A stretch of 64,000 nt of DNA from an uncultured Draconibacterium sp. (GCF_963675065.2 NZ_CAXXLR010000001.1:56550-120549); one strand, 5' to 3'; shown: positions 37,987-48,060, counted from the first letter of the stretch. Numbers and translations: made by a program. Notes: generated by a model not told the origin, from the letters alone.

Positions 37987-39546
37987 ATGGCTAATTCAAC
38001 TACCAATCAAAACTCAGGAAAAAGAAAATCAACACCTTCTGCAAAGGAAGCTTTAATTACCTCTGAAATTCGTTACCGCCGCTTATTTGAATCGGCAAAA
38101 GACGGAATTTTAATTCTTGATGCCGAAACGGGGATGATTGTTGACGTGAATCCGTTTTTAATAGAGTTACTGGGTTATTCGAAAGAAAGTTTTATTGAAA
38201 AAACAATATGGGAAATAGGGTTCTTAAAGGATATTATTGACAATAAAGAAAAATTTCTGGAATTACAGCAAAAGAAATATGTCCGTTATGAAGATTTACC
38301 TCTGGAAACAGCAGACGGGCGAAGAATTCATGTAGAATTTGTGAGCAATGTATACTTATCAGACAGTCAAAAGGTTATCCAATGCAATATACGCGATATA
38401 ACAGAGCGCAAGCTATCAGAAGCGACAATTATCAATGGAAAAAATATGCTGCGTACATTGATAGATAACCTTCCCGCAATGATTTATATTAAAGATATTG
38501 AGTGCAGGAAAGTTATTGCCAATATAACTGATATCAAAAATATTGGATATCAAAACGAAGAAGAGATCCTTGGAAAAACAGACATTGAACTTTTCCCGGG
38601 GGACATTGGCCAACGAGGTTATGCCGATGATCAAAAGGTAATTAACTTAGGAATAGCAATCAATAACAGGGTTGAAGATTTTTACAATAGCGAAGGGAAA
38701 AGAAGTTGGATATCCACTACTAAAATACCTTTAAGAAATAACGAAGGTGAAATTACCGGACTTGTTGGGATCGGCTATGATATTACTGAAAGTAAAAAGA
38801 TTGAGGAAGAATTGACTTATGCCAAAGAAAAGGCAGAAGAAAGCGACCGTCTGAAATCAGCTTTTTTGGCCAATATGAGCCATGAAATCCGCACACCAAT
38901 GAATGGTATTCTTGGGTTTACAAATCTTTTGCAAGACCCTGAGTTAACCGGCGAAGAACAGCAAGAATATATTGGAATTATTCAAAAAAGTGGCGATCGA
39001 ATGTTAAATACGGTGAATGATATTATCAATATCTCCAAAATTGAAGCCGGGCAAACGACAGTTTTTGTTTCTGAATTTAATATTGACGAACAACTCAAAA
39101 CTATTTATTCCTTTTTTAAACCGGAAACCGATAAAAAAGGCATCCAATTTATTTTAAAAAATTCATTGACAGAACAGGACGATGTGATTGAATCTGACAA
39201 GGAGAAACTAGATTCAATTCTCACAAATCTGGTTAAAAATGCTATTAAATTTTGTGATAAGGGCAAAATTGAATTTGGCTGTTTTAAAAAAGAAAGAGGA
39301 CTGCAATTTTATGTTAAGGATTCAGGCATTGGTATACCCCTCAACAGACAGCAAGCCATTTTCGAACGTTTTATTCAGGCCGATATTGATGATAAGAATG
39401 CACTGCAAGGATCGGGGTTGGGTTTAGCAATTGCAAAAGCATATACAAAAATGCTGGGTGGAAAAATTTGGGTTGAAAGCGCAGAAGGCCAGGGGTCGAC
39501 TTTCTTTTTTAATATTGCTTACAAATCTAATAAAGTGCACAGGTAA
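37987..39546 (+). CDS. PAS-PAS sensor histidine kinase without receiver
   Basis: Two PAS/PAC domains, SHEIRTPMN H-box, NAIKFC, GSGLGL. Confidence 0.9.
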   Translation: MANSTTNQNSGKRKSTPSAKEALITSEIRYRRLFESAKDGILILDAETGMIVDVNPFLIELLGYSKESFIEKTIWEIGFLKDIIDNKEKFLELQQKKYVRYEDLPLETADGRRIHVEFVSNVYLSDSQKVIQCNIRDITERKLSEATIINGKNMLRTLIDNLPAMIYIKDIECRKVIANITDIKNIGYQNEEEILGKTDIELFPGDIGQRGYADDQKVINLGIAINNRVEDFYNSEGKRSWISTTKIPLRNNEGEITGLVGIGYDITESKKIEEELTYAKEKAEESDRLKSAFLANMSHEIRTPMNGILGFTNLLQDPELTGEEQQEYIGIIQKSGDRMLNTVNDIINISKIEAGQTTVFVSEFNIDEQLKTIYSFFKPETDKKGIQFILKNSLTEQDDVIESDKEKLDSILTNLVKNAIKFCDKGKIEFGCFKKERGLQFYVKDSGIGIPLNRQQAIFERFIQADIDDKNALQGSGLGLAIAKAYTKMLGGKIWVESAEGQGSTFFFNIAYKSNKVHR

Positions 39547-39682
39547 TCATCCCGGCCCGAACTTCTTTTGCGCCGGAAGATGTCCGCGTAAAAACAATTG
39601 AAGAGGCTTGTAGCTTTTATATACTGTAACCGGATAATAAAGCAGCTTACTAAAAGTTACAGTACAACATTGCACCAGTAGA

Positions 39683-39721
39683 AATGTGTGAATGATGTAA
39701 ATATTATTCAGAATTATGCAA
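39683..39721 (+). promoter_or_regulatory. Repeat box #14 (heads a ~8 kb gene run)
   Basis: AATGTGTGAA TGATGTAA N13 TTATGCAA; TAATTTTA at 39744. Confidence 0.8.
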
Positions 39722-39795
39722 CACTTCCTGCGCACTTTCAACGTAATTTTATAAAAATAATTAAAGCTCTTTGTAGTGTTAATAAAAACTATGAG

Positions 39796-39966
39796 ATGAA
39801 AAATTCACTTTATATCGTCGCGGGGCTACTTGCACTTCTTTGGGCTATAATAACATTTGGGTTCTACTCATTCCGCTATTTTGATTTACTTCTTCTTGTG
39901 GCAGGTTTTATGGTACTTCTCCAAATTCTTTTTAATAAAAAGTCACCCCGGAATCATAATAAATAA
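39796..39966 (+). CDS. Diverged lmo0937-like small membrane protein
   Basis: MKNSLYIVAGLLALLWAIITFGF...LLLVAGFMVLLQIL; probable ATG at 39796. Confidence 0.65.
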   Translation: MKNSLYIVAGLLALLWAIITFGFYSFRYFDLLLLVAGFMVLLQILFNKKSPRNHNK

Positions 39967-39982
39967 ACTTTAAACAATTGAA

Positions 39983-40483
39983 ATGAAAAAACAGATTTTA
40001 ACTGTCGTTTTACTGATGACAGCAAGTGTAATTTTTGCGCAGGGTCCGATTAATAAAGGCGAAACCCAAGTAAATTTCGGAGTTGGGCTTTCTTCATGGG
40101 GAGTTCCCGTTTATGTGGGATTTGATTATGGAGTTCATCCCGATATCACGCTGGGAGCAGAACTATCGTATCGCTCCTATAACAACAATTGGAACCAAAA
40201 TAAATACAATCACTCCATTATTGGTTTTTTGGGCAATGCCAATTATCACTTCAACAATGTGTTGAATATACCTTCTCCCTGGGACTTTTACGCAGGGCTA
40301 AATCTTGGCTTTTACAACTGGAACTCACCTAACGATTACGATGGCTCACATAATTCTGGAGTTGGACTGGGCGCTCAGATAGGAGGCCGGTACTATTTCA
40401 GTAATAAAGTGGGTATAAACCTGGAATTTGGTGGCGGAAATGCTTTTAGTAACGGAAAATTTGGATTAACAATTAAAATATAA
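39983..40483 (+). CDS. Outer-membrane beta-barrel protein
   Basis: Signal peptide; alternating strands; GAQIGGRYYF. Confidence 0.8.
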   Translation: MKKQILTVVLLMTASVIFAQGPINKGETQVNFGVGLSSWGVPVYVGFDYGVHPDITLGAELSYRSYNNNWNQNKYNHSIIGFLGNANYHFNNVLNIPSPWDFYAGLNLGFYNWNSPNDYDGSHNSGVGLGAQIGGRYYFSNKVGINLEFGGGNAFSNGKFGLTIKI

Positions 40484-40485
40484 TT

Positions 40486-40682
40486 ATGGAAACAGAATTT
40501 GGCGTGTACGAATGGGGAAGAGTAAAGGAACAACTTAGAACTAAATTTCCTGAATTATCCAATGCTGACTTGGTTTGGGGAAGAACCACACGAGATGATT
40601 TAATAGAAATGATTTCAACCAAATTGGGCAAAAAAAAAAAGACTTGATAGATGTAATTGACTCATTGGTGTATTCTTCCTGA
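40486..40682 (+). pseudogene. CsbD-like gene frameshifted in an A11 tract
   Basis: METEFGVYEWGRVKEQLRTKFPELSNADL...ISTKLGKKKKT* (stop 40647); one extra A would give ...KKKKDLIDVIDSLVYSS* (stop 40682). Confidence 0.65.
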
Positions 40683-40810
40683 CCGGAAAAATGACAATAT
40701 GAAAGTATTGGAATGAAATAATGAATTATAGATTAACTATTAATTAGTAAAGATATGTACGTCGGGTTATTGAGAATATCAGGCGTCGCCAAAAAATAAA
40801 TTATAAGCAC

Positions 40811-41671
40811 ATGAATTATTTGTATTTAATTTTTCCGATAGTAATTTTTTTGCTCTTAGGCATTAGAATTGTCAGACCAACACACCGCGGACTTATTGAG
40901 CGTTTGGGGAAATATAAAAAACTCGCTGATCCCGGATTTCACTGGATTATACCGGCTGTCGATCGCCTTTTTATGGTCAACATTACCGAACAAATGGTGG
41001 ATGCCGAACCTCAGGAAATTATTACCAACGATAACCTGAACGCAAGTGTAGATGCCCAGGTATATTTTCGTGTAAAAGCGGATGAGGAAAGTATAAAAGG
41101 TTCAACCTATGATGTTGACAACTACCAATGGCAGATTGTAAACCTGGCGCGTACAACGCTTCGTAATATTATAGGTACACTCACCTTAAAATCGGCGAAT
41201 AGCGAACGTGGCAAAATAAACACCGAATTGCATGAAACCCTGCACAAAGAAACCAAAAACTGGGGAATTGAAATTATACGTACTGAATTAAAACAGATTG
41301 ATCCCCCTTCGGATGTGCAGGAAACCATGAATAAAGTGGTGAAAGCCGAAAACGAAAAAATTGCAGCCATTGATTCTGCAACAGCTGCCGAAACGGTTGC
41401 TGACGGAGTAAAACGCGCCAAAATAAAAGAAGCAGAAGGCTACAGACAATCGAAAATATTGCATGCACAGGGAGAAGCAGAAGCTATAAAACTGGTTAAC
41501 GAAGCTGCCGATAAATATTTTATTGGTAATGCTCAGCTTTTGCGAAAACTGGAAGCCCTGGAAGCATCGCTGGGTAACAACGCAAAAATTGTGGTACCAA
41601 CCGGTTCCGATTTAGTAAATGTTATCGGGGAAATGGCCGGGATAGTGCCTGTAGAAAGAAGACAGAAATAA
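40811..41671 (+). CDS. SPFH/Band 7 (prohibitin/stomatin) protein
   Basis: GLIERLGKY, QEIITNDN, WGIEI.RTELK.IDPP. Confidence 0.9.
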   Translation: MNYLYLIFPIVIFLLLGIRIVRPTHRGLIERLGKYKKLADPGFHWIIPAVDRLFMVNITEQMVDAEPQEIITNDNLNASVDAQVYFRVKADEESIKGSTYDVDNYQWQIVNLARTTLRNIIGTLTLKSANSERGKINTELHETLHKETKNWGIEIIRTELKQIDPPSDVQETMNKVVKAENEKIAAIDSATAAETVADGVKRAKIKEAEGYRQSKILHAQGEAEAIKLVNEAADKYFIGNAQLLRKLEALEASLGNNAKIVVPTGSDLVNVIGEMAGIVPVERRQK

Positions 41672-41681
41672 ATTATACACA

Positions 41682-42086
41682 ATGAAACAGGCAAAACAAT
41701 TAGGAATTTGGATGGACCATTCAACCGCCAATATTATGGAATTATCGGATGGCATAGTAATATCAAAAACACTGGACTCAACTCCGGCCTTCCCTGAACA
41801 AATCGAAAATTTGAGAATGGATGAAAGCCTGATGCATAATAAGGAACAAAATCAAGTGTCCGACTATTATAAAAAATTGAGTTATGTGATTAATGATTAC
41901 AGTGAAGTTCTGCTTTTTGGCCCTACCGAGGCAAAAACCGAATTATTCAACTCCTTAAAAAGTAATCGTCGTTTTGAAAGGGTGAAGATTACTGTTCAAT
42001 CTGCTGATAATATGACTAATAATCAGCAGCAGGCTTATGTCAAAGATTTTTTTAATGCCCCTTTAAAAATTAAAGGAGTAAAATAA
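41682..42086 (+). CDS. eRF1/baeRF-like (host-attachment-like) small protein
   Basis: LGIWMDHSTA N-terminus and EVLLFGP.EAK.EL.N motif. Confidence 0.6.
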   Translation: MKQAKQLGIWMDHSTANIMELSDGIVISKTLDSTPAFPEQIENLRMDESLMHNKEQNQVSDYYKKLSYVINDYSEVLLFGPTEAKTELFNSLKSNRRFERVKITVQSADNMTNNQQQAYVKDFFNAPLKIKGVK

Positions 42087-42730
42087 TGGCTGAAATAAAA
42101 CCAAAAGAGGTTGCCATTATTGTTGCCCACCCCGATGATGAAACATTGTGGGCAGGGGGAACAATATTGAGCCATCCATCGTGGAATTGTTTTGTTGTTT
42201 CGGTTTGCCGGGGAAACGATCCCGACCGGTCAGCTAAATTTTATAATGCATTAAAAACGTTTAATGCGACGGGAGCAATGGGAACCCTGGATGATAGTCC
42301 GGAACAAAAACCTCTCGATCTTAAAATCGTGGAACAGGCCATTCTTGAACTTCTGCCGGCAAAACATTATCATTTAATTATTTCGCATAATCCATCGGGT
42401 GAATACACCCGGCACATTAGACACGAAGAAGTAAGCAAAGCCGTAATTAAACTTTGGTACAAGAAGAAAATAGCAACCGACAAACTTTGGACTTTTGCCT
42501 ATGAAGATGGCAAAAAAAAGTATTACCCACGTCCGGAGAAAGATGCGGCAATTTACCGTACACTTACCAAGCGAATTTGGAAGAGAAAATACAGCATAAT
42601 TACTGAAACCTATGGATTTGATGAAGATAGCTGGGAGGCAAAAACAACACCTAAAGACGAAGCTTTCCGTCAATTCACAGATTCGTTTACAGCCGTAAAA
42701 TGGCTTAATAATGGAGGAGTTTACTTATGA
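42086..42730 (+). CDS. PIG-L family deacetylase
   Basis: AHPDDE metal motif; GEYTRHIRH. Confidence 0.85.
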   Translation: MAEIKPKEVAIIVAHPDDETLWAGGTILSHPSWNCFVVSVCRGNDPDRSAKFYNALKTFNATGAMGTLDDSPEQKPLDLKIVEQAILELLPAKHYHLIISHNPSGEYTRHIRHEEVSKAVIKLWYKKKIATDKLWTFAYEDGKKKYYPRPEKDAAIYRTLTKRIWKRKYSIITETYGFDEDSWEAKTTPKDEAFRQFTDSFTAVKWLNNGGVYL

Positions 42731-43869
42731 AAGTATTGGTTTTATATGATTATCCTCCATCTCCCGGAGGACTTGCCACGCAAGGAGATTTGCTTTACAA
42801 GGGACTTGTTGAAATGGGAATAGATGTCCATCCGGTGCATTTCGAATCGGCACAGGAAAAGGAATGGTATTACCGATGGTTTGAACCCGATGTGGTGGTT
42901 GGAGTTGGCTATTGGGGGCACACTCCACAGTTGATTCTTCATCCGCAGAGATATGGTGTTCAGCCTATTCCCTGGCTCGTTGCCGATGGTTATATCGCCA
43001 ACTACCAGGAGGTTTTAAATGCACTTCCCCTAATCCTTGTAACGTCAAACTGGGTAAAAGAAATGTATGTTCGCGATGGCATTGATGGCAGCAAAATAGA
43101 AGTGTTGCCGGTTGGTTGCAATACGGATACGTTTATCCCTTTTCAAAAGAATGATCCCAAAATCCTGGCCGTTCGCGAAGCGTTGGGTGTTTCACCTGAG
43201 CAGTTAATGATCCTTACCGTTGGTGGCGACGCTGCATCCAAAGGGGCACAGGAAGTAATGCAGGCATTAGCGATTATCGATGCCCAAGCCCCCGACTGGA
43301 AATACGTATGCAAAGTATGGCCGCAACCACGAACCAAAACTCAAAATTTGCTCGATTTGGAAATGGCGGCACATCTCGGTATCGAAAAAAATGTAACCTA
43401 TGCAACCAACACTATTTCGCGCAATTTTATGCCCTACCTGATTGGAGCATGTGATATTTATGCAGCTCCTTCGCGACTCGAAGGTTTTGGAATGCCGCAG
43501 GTGGAAGCCGGGGCATGCGGGAAACCGGTTATAAGTTTAAAAGCCATGGGAATGCTGGATACCCTAATTCATGGCGAAACGGCACTTCTGGCAAAAGTAG
43601 CACGTAAAATTGCTGTGAATGAAGTTGTTCTTGGCGAAGAATCGGGATTTGAAGATGAGCATAAAGTTACGTTTAAAGTACCTCGAACAGTCGATTACCG
43701 GGCAAATGTCCAGGATATTGCAAAGTATTTATTGCAACTAATGACTGATGCCGAATTACGCGAAAAAATGGGCAGAGCAGGCAGGGAAAGAGTGGTGGAA
43801 AATTTCGATTACCGGGTGGTGGCAAAACGCTTTGTACAGATCATCAACGATAAGTTGGGAATATATTGA
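42727..43869 (+). CDS. Glycosyltransferase family 4
   Basis: PSRLEGFGMPQVEAGACGKPV; ATGA overlap with the PIG-L gene. Confidence 0.9.
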   Translation: MKVLVLYDYPPSPGGLATQGDLLYKGLVEMGIDVHPVHFESAQEKEWYYRWFEPDVVVGVGYWGHTPQLILHPQRYGVQPIPWLVADGYIANYQEVLNALPLILVTSNWVKEMYVRDGIDGSKIEVLPVGCNTDTFIPFQKNDPKILAVREALGVSPEQLMILTVGGDAASKGAQEVMQALAIIDAQAPDWKYVCKVWPQPRTKTQNLLDLEMAAHLGIEKNVTYATNTISRNFMPYLIGACDIYAAPSRLEGFGMPQVEAGACGKPVISLKAMGMLDTLIHGETALLAKVARKIAVNEVVLGEESGFEDEHKVTFKVPRTVDYRANVQDIAKYLLQLMTDAELREKMGRAGRERVVENFDYRVVAKRFVQIINDKLGIY

Positions 43870-43903
43870 TATCGGCCCATTTTTTAATATAAAACAAATA
43901 ACC

Positions 43904-44662
43904 ATGAAACGAACAGAAAACAAAGTTGTCATCGTTACAGGCGGTGCTTTAGGAATTGGACGCGAAACAAGCATTTTATTGGCTAAGGAGGGTGCAAAAG
44001 TTGCCGTAACTGATGTTCTTGATAAAGAAGGTCAGAATTTAGTCGAAGAAATTAGTCAGTCAGGCGGAGTAGCAAAATTCTGGCATCTAAACGTAGCAGA
44101 CGAAAAAGAGGTTGAAAAAGTTTATGCTGAAGTGGTCAAAGAATTTGGAAAACTGGATGCCACAGTTAATAATGCCGGAATTGCAGGTGCCGACAAGCCA
44201 ACCCATGAGTTAACCGAAAAAGAGTGGGATGCGGTTATGAATATAAACGTAAAAGGAGTTTTCTTCTGCACCAAACATGCCATTCCTCACCTGCAAAAAT
44301 CGGGCAAAGGAAGCATTGTAAACCTTTCCTCCATATACGGTTTAATTGGAGCAGGAGATATTCCTCCCTATCATGCTTCAAAAGGTGCAGTGAGGCTAAT
44401 GACAAAAAATGATGCACTTATTTATGCAAAAGACAATATTAGAGTGAACTCCGTGCATCCGGGTTTTATCTGGACGCCACTGGTGGAACAGTTAGGTAAA
44501 AATAATCCTCAATTTAGAAAACAACTGGATAGCCTGCATCCGATAGGACATGTTGGCGAAGCGATTGACATCGCATACGGAATACTATATCTGGTATCTG
44601 ACGAATCAAAATTTGTTACCGGAAGTGAATTAGTTATTGATGGAGGTTATACCTGTAAATAA
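43904..44662 (+). CDS. Classical SDR oxidoreductase
   Basis: TGGALGIG, NNAG, YHASK, NSVHPG; probable ATG at 43904. Confidence 0.9.
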   Translation: MKRTENKVVIVTGGALGIGRETSILLAKEGAKVAVTDVLDKEGQNLVEEISQSGGVAKFWHLNVADEKEVEKVYAEVVKEFGKLDATVNNAGIAGADKPTHELTEKEWDAVMNINVKGVFFCTKHAIPHLQKSGKGSIVNLSSIYGLIGAGDIPPYHASKGAVRLMTKNDALIYAKDNIRVNSVHPGFIWTPLVEQLGKNNPQFRKQLDSLHPIGHVGEAIDIAYGILYLVSDESKFVTGSELVIDGGYTCK

Positions 44663-44667
44663 ATTTT

Positions 44668-45357
44668 GTGGAAAGTGAAAATCATTTTGTAAAAAGAAGC
44701 GGATGGCTGAGAGCCTCTGTATTAGGTGCCAATGATGGGATTCTTTCCACCACCAGTTTAGCCATTGGTGTTAGTGCCGCAAGTGTAGCGAGAGCCCCAA
44801 TCATACTGGCAACTCTGGCAGGTCTGGTTGCAGGAGCACTGTCAATGGCTGCCGGAGAATATGTTTCTGTAAGTTCGCAATTGGATGTTGAAACAGCTGA
44901 TTTAAAAAGGGAAAAAAATGAACTTGCCAATACGCCGGAAATTGAATTGGATGAACTTTCTAAAATTTACGAAAAAAGAGGCCTGACCAGCGATTTGGCC
45001 ATAGAAGTTGCAATCCAACTAACTGCTCATAATGCCTTGGAAGCACACGCACGTGATGAATTGGGCCTTAATGAAATATCCAGGGCAAAACCTTTGCAGG
45101 CTGCCTTTGCGTCTGCATTTTCGTTTCTAGTGGGCGGAATATTTCCACTCTTGATTTCAATTTTTGCTCCCTTAAGTCAAATGATATACTTCCAATATGG
45201 TTTCTCAATTTTATTTCTTGCTTTATCCGGAACTATTGCAGCAAAGGTTGGGGGTTCGGTAATTAGCAAATCGGTATTGAGAATTTGTATATGGGGTACC
45301 ATTGCAATGGTAATGTCAGCATTAATTGGATACCTGTTTGGAGTTGGGATAAATTAG
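44668..45357 (+). CDS. VIT1/CCC1 family Fe/Mn transporter
   Basis: WLRASVLGANDG, SMAAGEYVSV. Confidence 0.9.
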   Translation: MESENHFVKRSGWLRASVLGANDGILSTTSLAIGVSAASVARAPIILATLAGLVAGALSMAAGEYVSVSSQLDVETADLKREKNELANTPEIELDELSKIYEKRGLTSDLAIEVAIQLTAHNALEAHARDELGLNEISRAKPLQAAFASAFSFLVGGIFPLLISIFAPLSQMIYFQYGFSILFLALSGTIAAKVGGSVISKSVLRICIWGTIAMVMSALIGYLFGVGIN

Positions 45358-45386
45358 GTTTTTGATAATAATTATCTGAGGAACAA

Positions 45387-46274
45387 ATGAATTTCATCGA
45401 TTATTACAAAATATTAGGGATAGACAAAAAAGCCACTGCAAGTGACATCAAAAAGGCCTATCGTAAACAAGCCCGAAAATATCACCCCGATTTGAATCCC
45501 AAAGATGCAGATGCCAAAAAGAACTTTCAGCAAATTAATGAAGCCAATGCTGTACTTAGCGACCCCGAAAAACGAAAGAAATACGACAAATATGGGAAAG
45601 ACTGGCAACATGCCGATCATTTTGAAAATACAAAACAGTATCAGGAACAAAGTTCAGGTTTTAGCGGGCGGGAATATTCGCAGGCTCATTCTGGCCGTGA
45701 TTTTTCCGATTTTTTCGAATCTATGTTTGGTGGTTCAACAAATACAGGAAGAAGCAGGCAGGTAAAATTCAGAGGCGAGGATTATTATGCGAAGTTTCAG
45801 CTTAAACTTACAGATGCTTATAAGCCCCACCAACAAACCCTTTCGGTAAATGGTAAGAATATAAGAATAACCATCCCCGCCGGAATTGAAAACGGACAAA
45901 CCATTAAGATTTCAGCACATGGGGGGACGGGAATAAATGGCGGGCCAAACGGCGATTTGTATATTACATTTTCAATAGCTATTCATCCGGGCATTAAAAG
46001 ACTGGGAAATGATTTATATACGCATGTTGATTTAGAATTATACACAGCGGTATTGGGTGGCGAAATAACCATCGATACCTTGAGCGGAAAAGTGAAATTA
46101 AAAGTAAAGGCCGAAACGCAAAATGGAAGCAAGGTAAAACTCAAAGGGAAAGGATTTCCTGTCTATAAAAAGGAGGGGCAGTTCGGAGATTTATACATAA
46201 CCTATGTGATTAAAATCCCAACTCATTTAACCGAAAAGCAAAAAGGCTTATTTGCCGAGCTATCAAAATCTTAA
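45387..46274 (+). CDS. cbpA: DnaJ-class chaperone (CbpA-like)
   Basis: J domain with HPD, DnaJ_C, no zinc finger. Confidence 0.88.
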   Translation: MNFIDYYKILGIDKKATASDIKKAYRKQARKYHPDLNPKDADAKKNFQQINEANAVLSDPEKRKKYDKYGKDWQHADHFENTKQYQEQSSGFSGREYSQAHSGRDFSDFFESMFGGSTNTGRSRQVKFRGEDYYAKFQLKLTDAYKPHQQTLSVNGKNIRITIPAGIENGQTIKISAHGGTGINGGPNGDLYITFSIAIHPGIKRLGNDLYTHVDLELYTAVLGGEITIDTLSGKVKLKVKAETQNGSKVKLKGKGFPVYKKEGQFGDLYITYVIKIPTHLTEKQKGLFAELSKS

Positions 46275-46284
46275 TCTTTTAATC

Positions 46285-46587
46285 ATGAAGGAAACACAAC
46301 CAGATGATTTAATAGCGGTAAATGAATTCTGTGCCAATCACAACATCGGAATTACTTTTATAGACCATTTGCAGCAAAGCGGGTTAATTGAAATCTATAT
46401 TATAGAATCAAAGAACTTTGTTGAAAAGGAGCAGCTTCCTCAGCTTGAAAAATTTGTTCGTTTCTATTACGATCTGGATATTAACTTCGAAGGAATTGAG
46501 ACCATAAACTATTTATTGCAACGAATGGAAAACCTACAAAATGAGATAGTTGCGCTTAAAAACAGGCTTCGGCTTTATGAAGGATAG
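46285..46587 (+). CDS. cbpM: Chaperone modulator CbpM (MerR-like)
   Basis: Follows cbpA; YDLDINFEGI..LL..ME.LQ; probable ATG at 46285. Confidence 0.8.
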   Translation: MKETQPDDLIAVNEFCANHNIGITFIDHLQQSGLIEIYIIESKNFVEKEQLPQLEKFVRFYYDLDINFEGIETINYLLQRMENLQNEIVALKNRLRLYEG

Positions 46588-46615
46588 TAGTTAAATAAAT
46601 TAACAAGACAAGATC

Positions 46616-47794
46616 ATGCAACCCAATAACGGAAAAGAGATTGAACAAGCAAAGAAAGCAGCACTGGAAGTACTTCTTCACAACGCTCACGGGCCGTTTC
46701 ACGGATTACCCCGAACAGCAGGTTGGGGGTATCCGGAACCTTATACACGGGATCTGATGATTTCCATTCTGGGGATAGCTGTTTCCGGAAATAAAAAGTT
46801 GCTCGACAGCATTCGGAAAGTATTGGAAACACTTGCAAAAAACCAAACCGAACGTGGCCATATTCCATCGCTGGTGCACGACAACGATGATCGTGGTGCC
46901 AGTGATACCACTCCTCTGTTTTTACTGGCAACCGGTATATTCAGAAAAGTTACAGGTGAAGCGGACTTTCTTGCTGAAGCAGTTAAAAAATCATTGGTGT
47001 GGATGAGTTTTCAAAGCCCTGCCGACAAGTTATTAATAGCTCAACTACCTACCAGCGACTGGCGCGACGAGCAATGGGTACTTGGATATGGTATTTATGT
47101 AAATACGCTGGTATATAGTTATCTGAAAATTCTTGACAAACATGAATTGGCAGATAATATGCAACGAGCTATGAGCCGTTTTACCGTAACCGGCGGAATT
47201 CTGCACCGCCATGTGCACGAAGGAATGGTGGTAAAACACAAACCTTATTATGCCTTTTGGTCGTACAAAATTTTTAGCAGCGAGCGTTTCGATCTACTTG
47301 GAAACAGTCTGGCCATTCTTTCCGGAATTGCATCACCTTCACGAGCCAATGAAATGATTTACTGGATTGAAGATGAATGCAATGCGATGCGGAAAAGCGG
47401 TGAATTAACTGGAGACTTGCCACCCAATTTTTTCCCTTTTACAAAACCGGAAGATCCCGACTGGCACGAGCGATATTCGACATACAACAAACCGGGAGAC
47501 TACCACAACGGCGGAATTTGGCCATTTATATGCGGATTTTATATTGCAGCCTTAGTTGCTGCCAAACGATATAAACTTGCTGAAGAAAAACTGGTAGCGT
47601 TTACTCAATGTGTTAAACTCACCCGAACTGAAAACCTTGAGTTTGGATTTAACGAATGGATAAAAGCACAGGATGGCAAGCCAATGGGACAGGACTGGCA
47701 GACATGGAGTGCAGCAATGTATCTGTATGCAGCAAAATGTGTCGAACAAAAGAGTACGCCCTTTTTTGACGAGATAAGACATAAAATTATTTAA
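46616..47794 (+). CDS. (alpha/alpha)6 glycosidase, GH100 invertase/amylo-alpha-1,6-glucosidase-like
   Basis: YTRD, YHNGGIWP, FNEW...QTWSAA. Confidence 0.75.
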   Translation: MQPNNGKEIEQAKKAALEVLLHNAHGPFHGLPRTAGWGYPEPYTRDLMISILGIAVSGNKKLLDSIRKVLETLAKNQTERGHIPSLVHDNDDRGASDTTPLFLLATGIFRKVTGEADFLAEAVKKSLVWMSFQSPADKLLIAQLPTSDWRDEQWVLGYGIYVNTLVYSYLKILDKHELADNMQRAMSRFTVTGGILHRHVHEGMVVKHKPYYAFWSYKIFSSERFDLLGNSLAILSGIASPSRANEMIYWIEDECNAMRKSGELTGDLPPNFFPFTKPEDPDWHERYSTYNKPGDYHNGGIWPFICGFYIAALVAAKRYKLAEEKLVAFTQCVKLTRTENLEFGFNEWIKAQDGKPMGQDWQTWSAAMYLYAAKCVEQKSTPFFDEIRHKII

Positions 47795-47813
47795 CAAATT
47801 AAATTTCATTACA

Positions 47814-48005
47814 ATGAACAAAGGAACAGTAAAATTTTACAATGAAACCAAAGGATTTGGGTTTATAAAAGATGCCGAATCATCGAAAGAATATTATGTA
47901 CATTCAACCGGAGTAACGGATAATATCGGGGAAAATGATGAAGTAACGTTTGATTTGGAAGAAGGAAAAAAAGGATTAAATGCAGTAAATGTTAAACTGG
48001 CTTAG
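47814..48005 (+). CDS. Cold-shock protein
   Basis: GTVKFYN..KGFGFI, YYVH. Confidence 0.92.
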   Translation: MNKGTVKFYNETKGFGFIKDAESSKEYYVHSTGVTDNIGENDEVTFDLEEGKKGLNAVNVKLA

Positions 48006-48035
48006 TTTACAACGATTACGATCATTTATATTTTT

Positions 48036-48060
48036 ATCCCGCTAATAGCGGGATTTTTTT
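48036..48060. terminator. Intrinsic terminator between convergent genes
   Basis: atcccgct-aat-agcgggat followed by a T tract. Confidence 0.7.
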
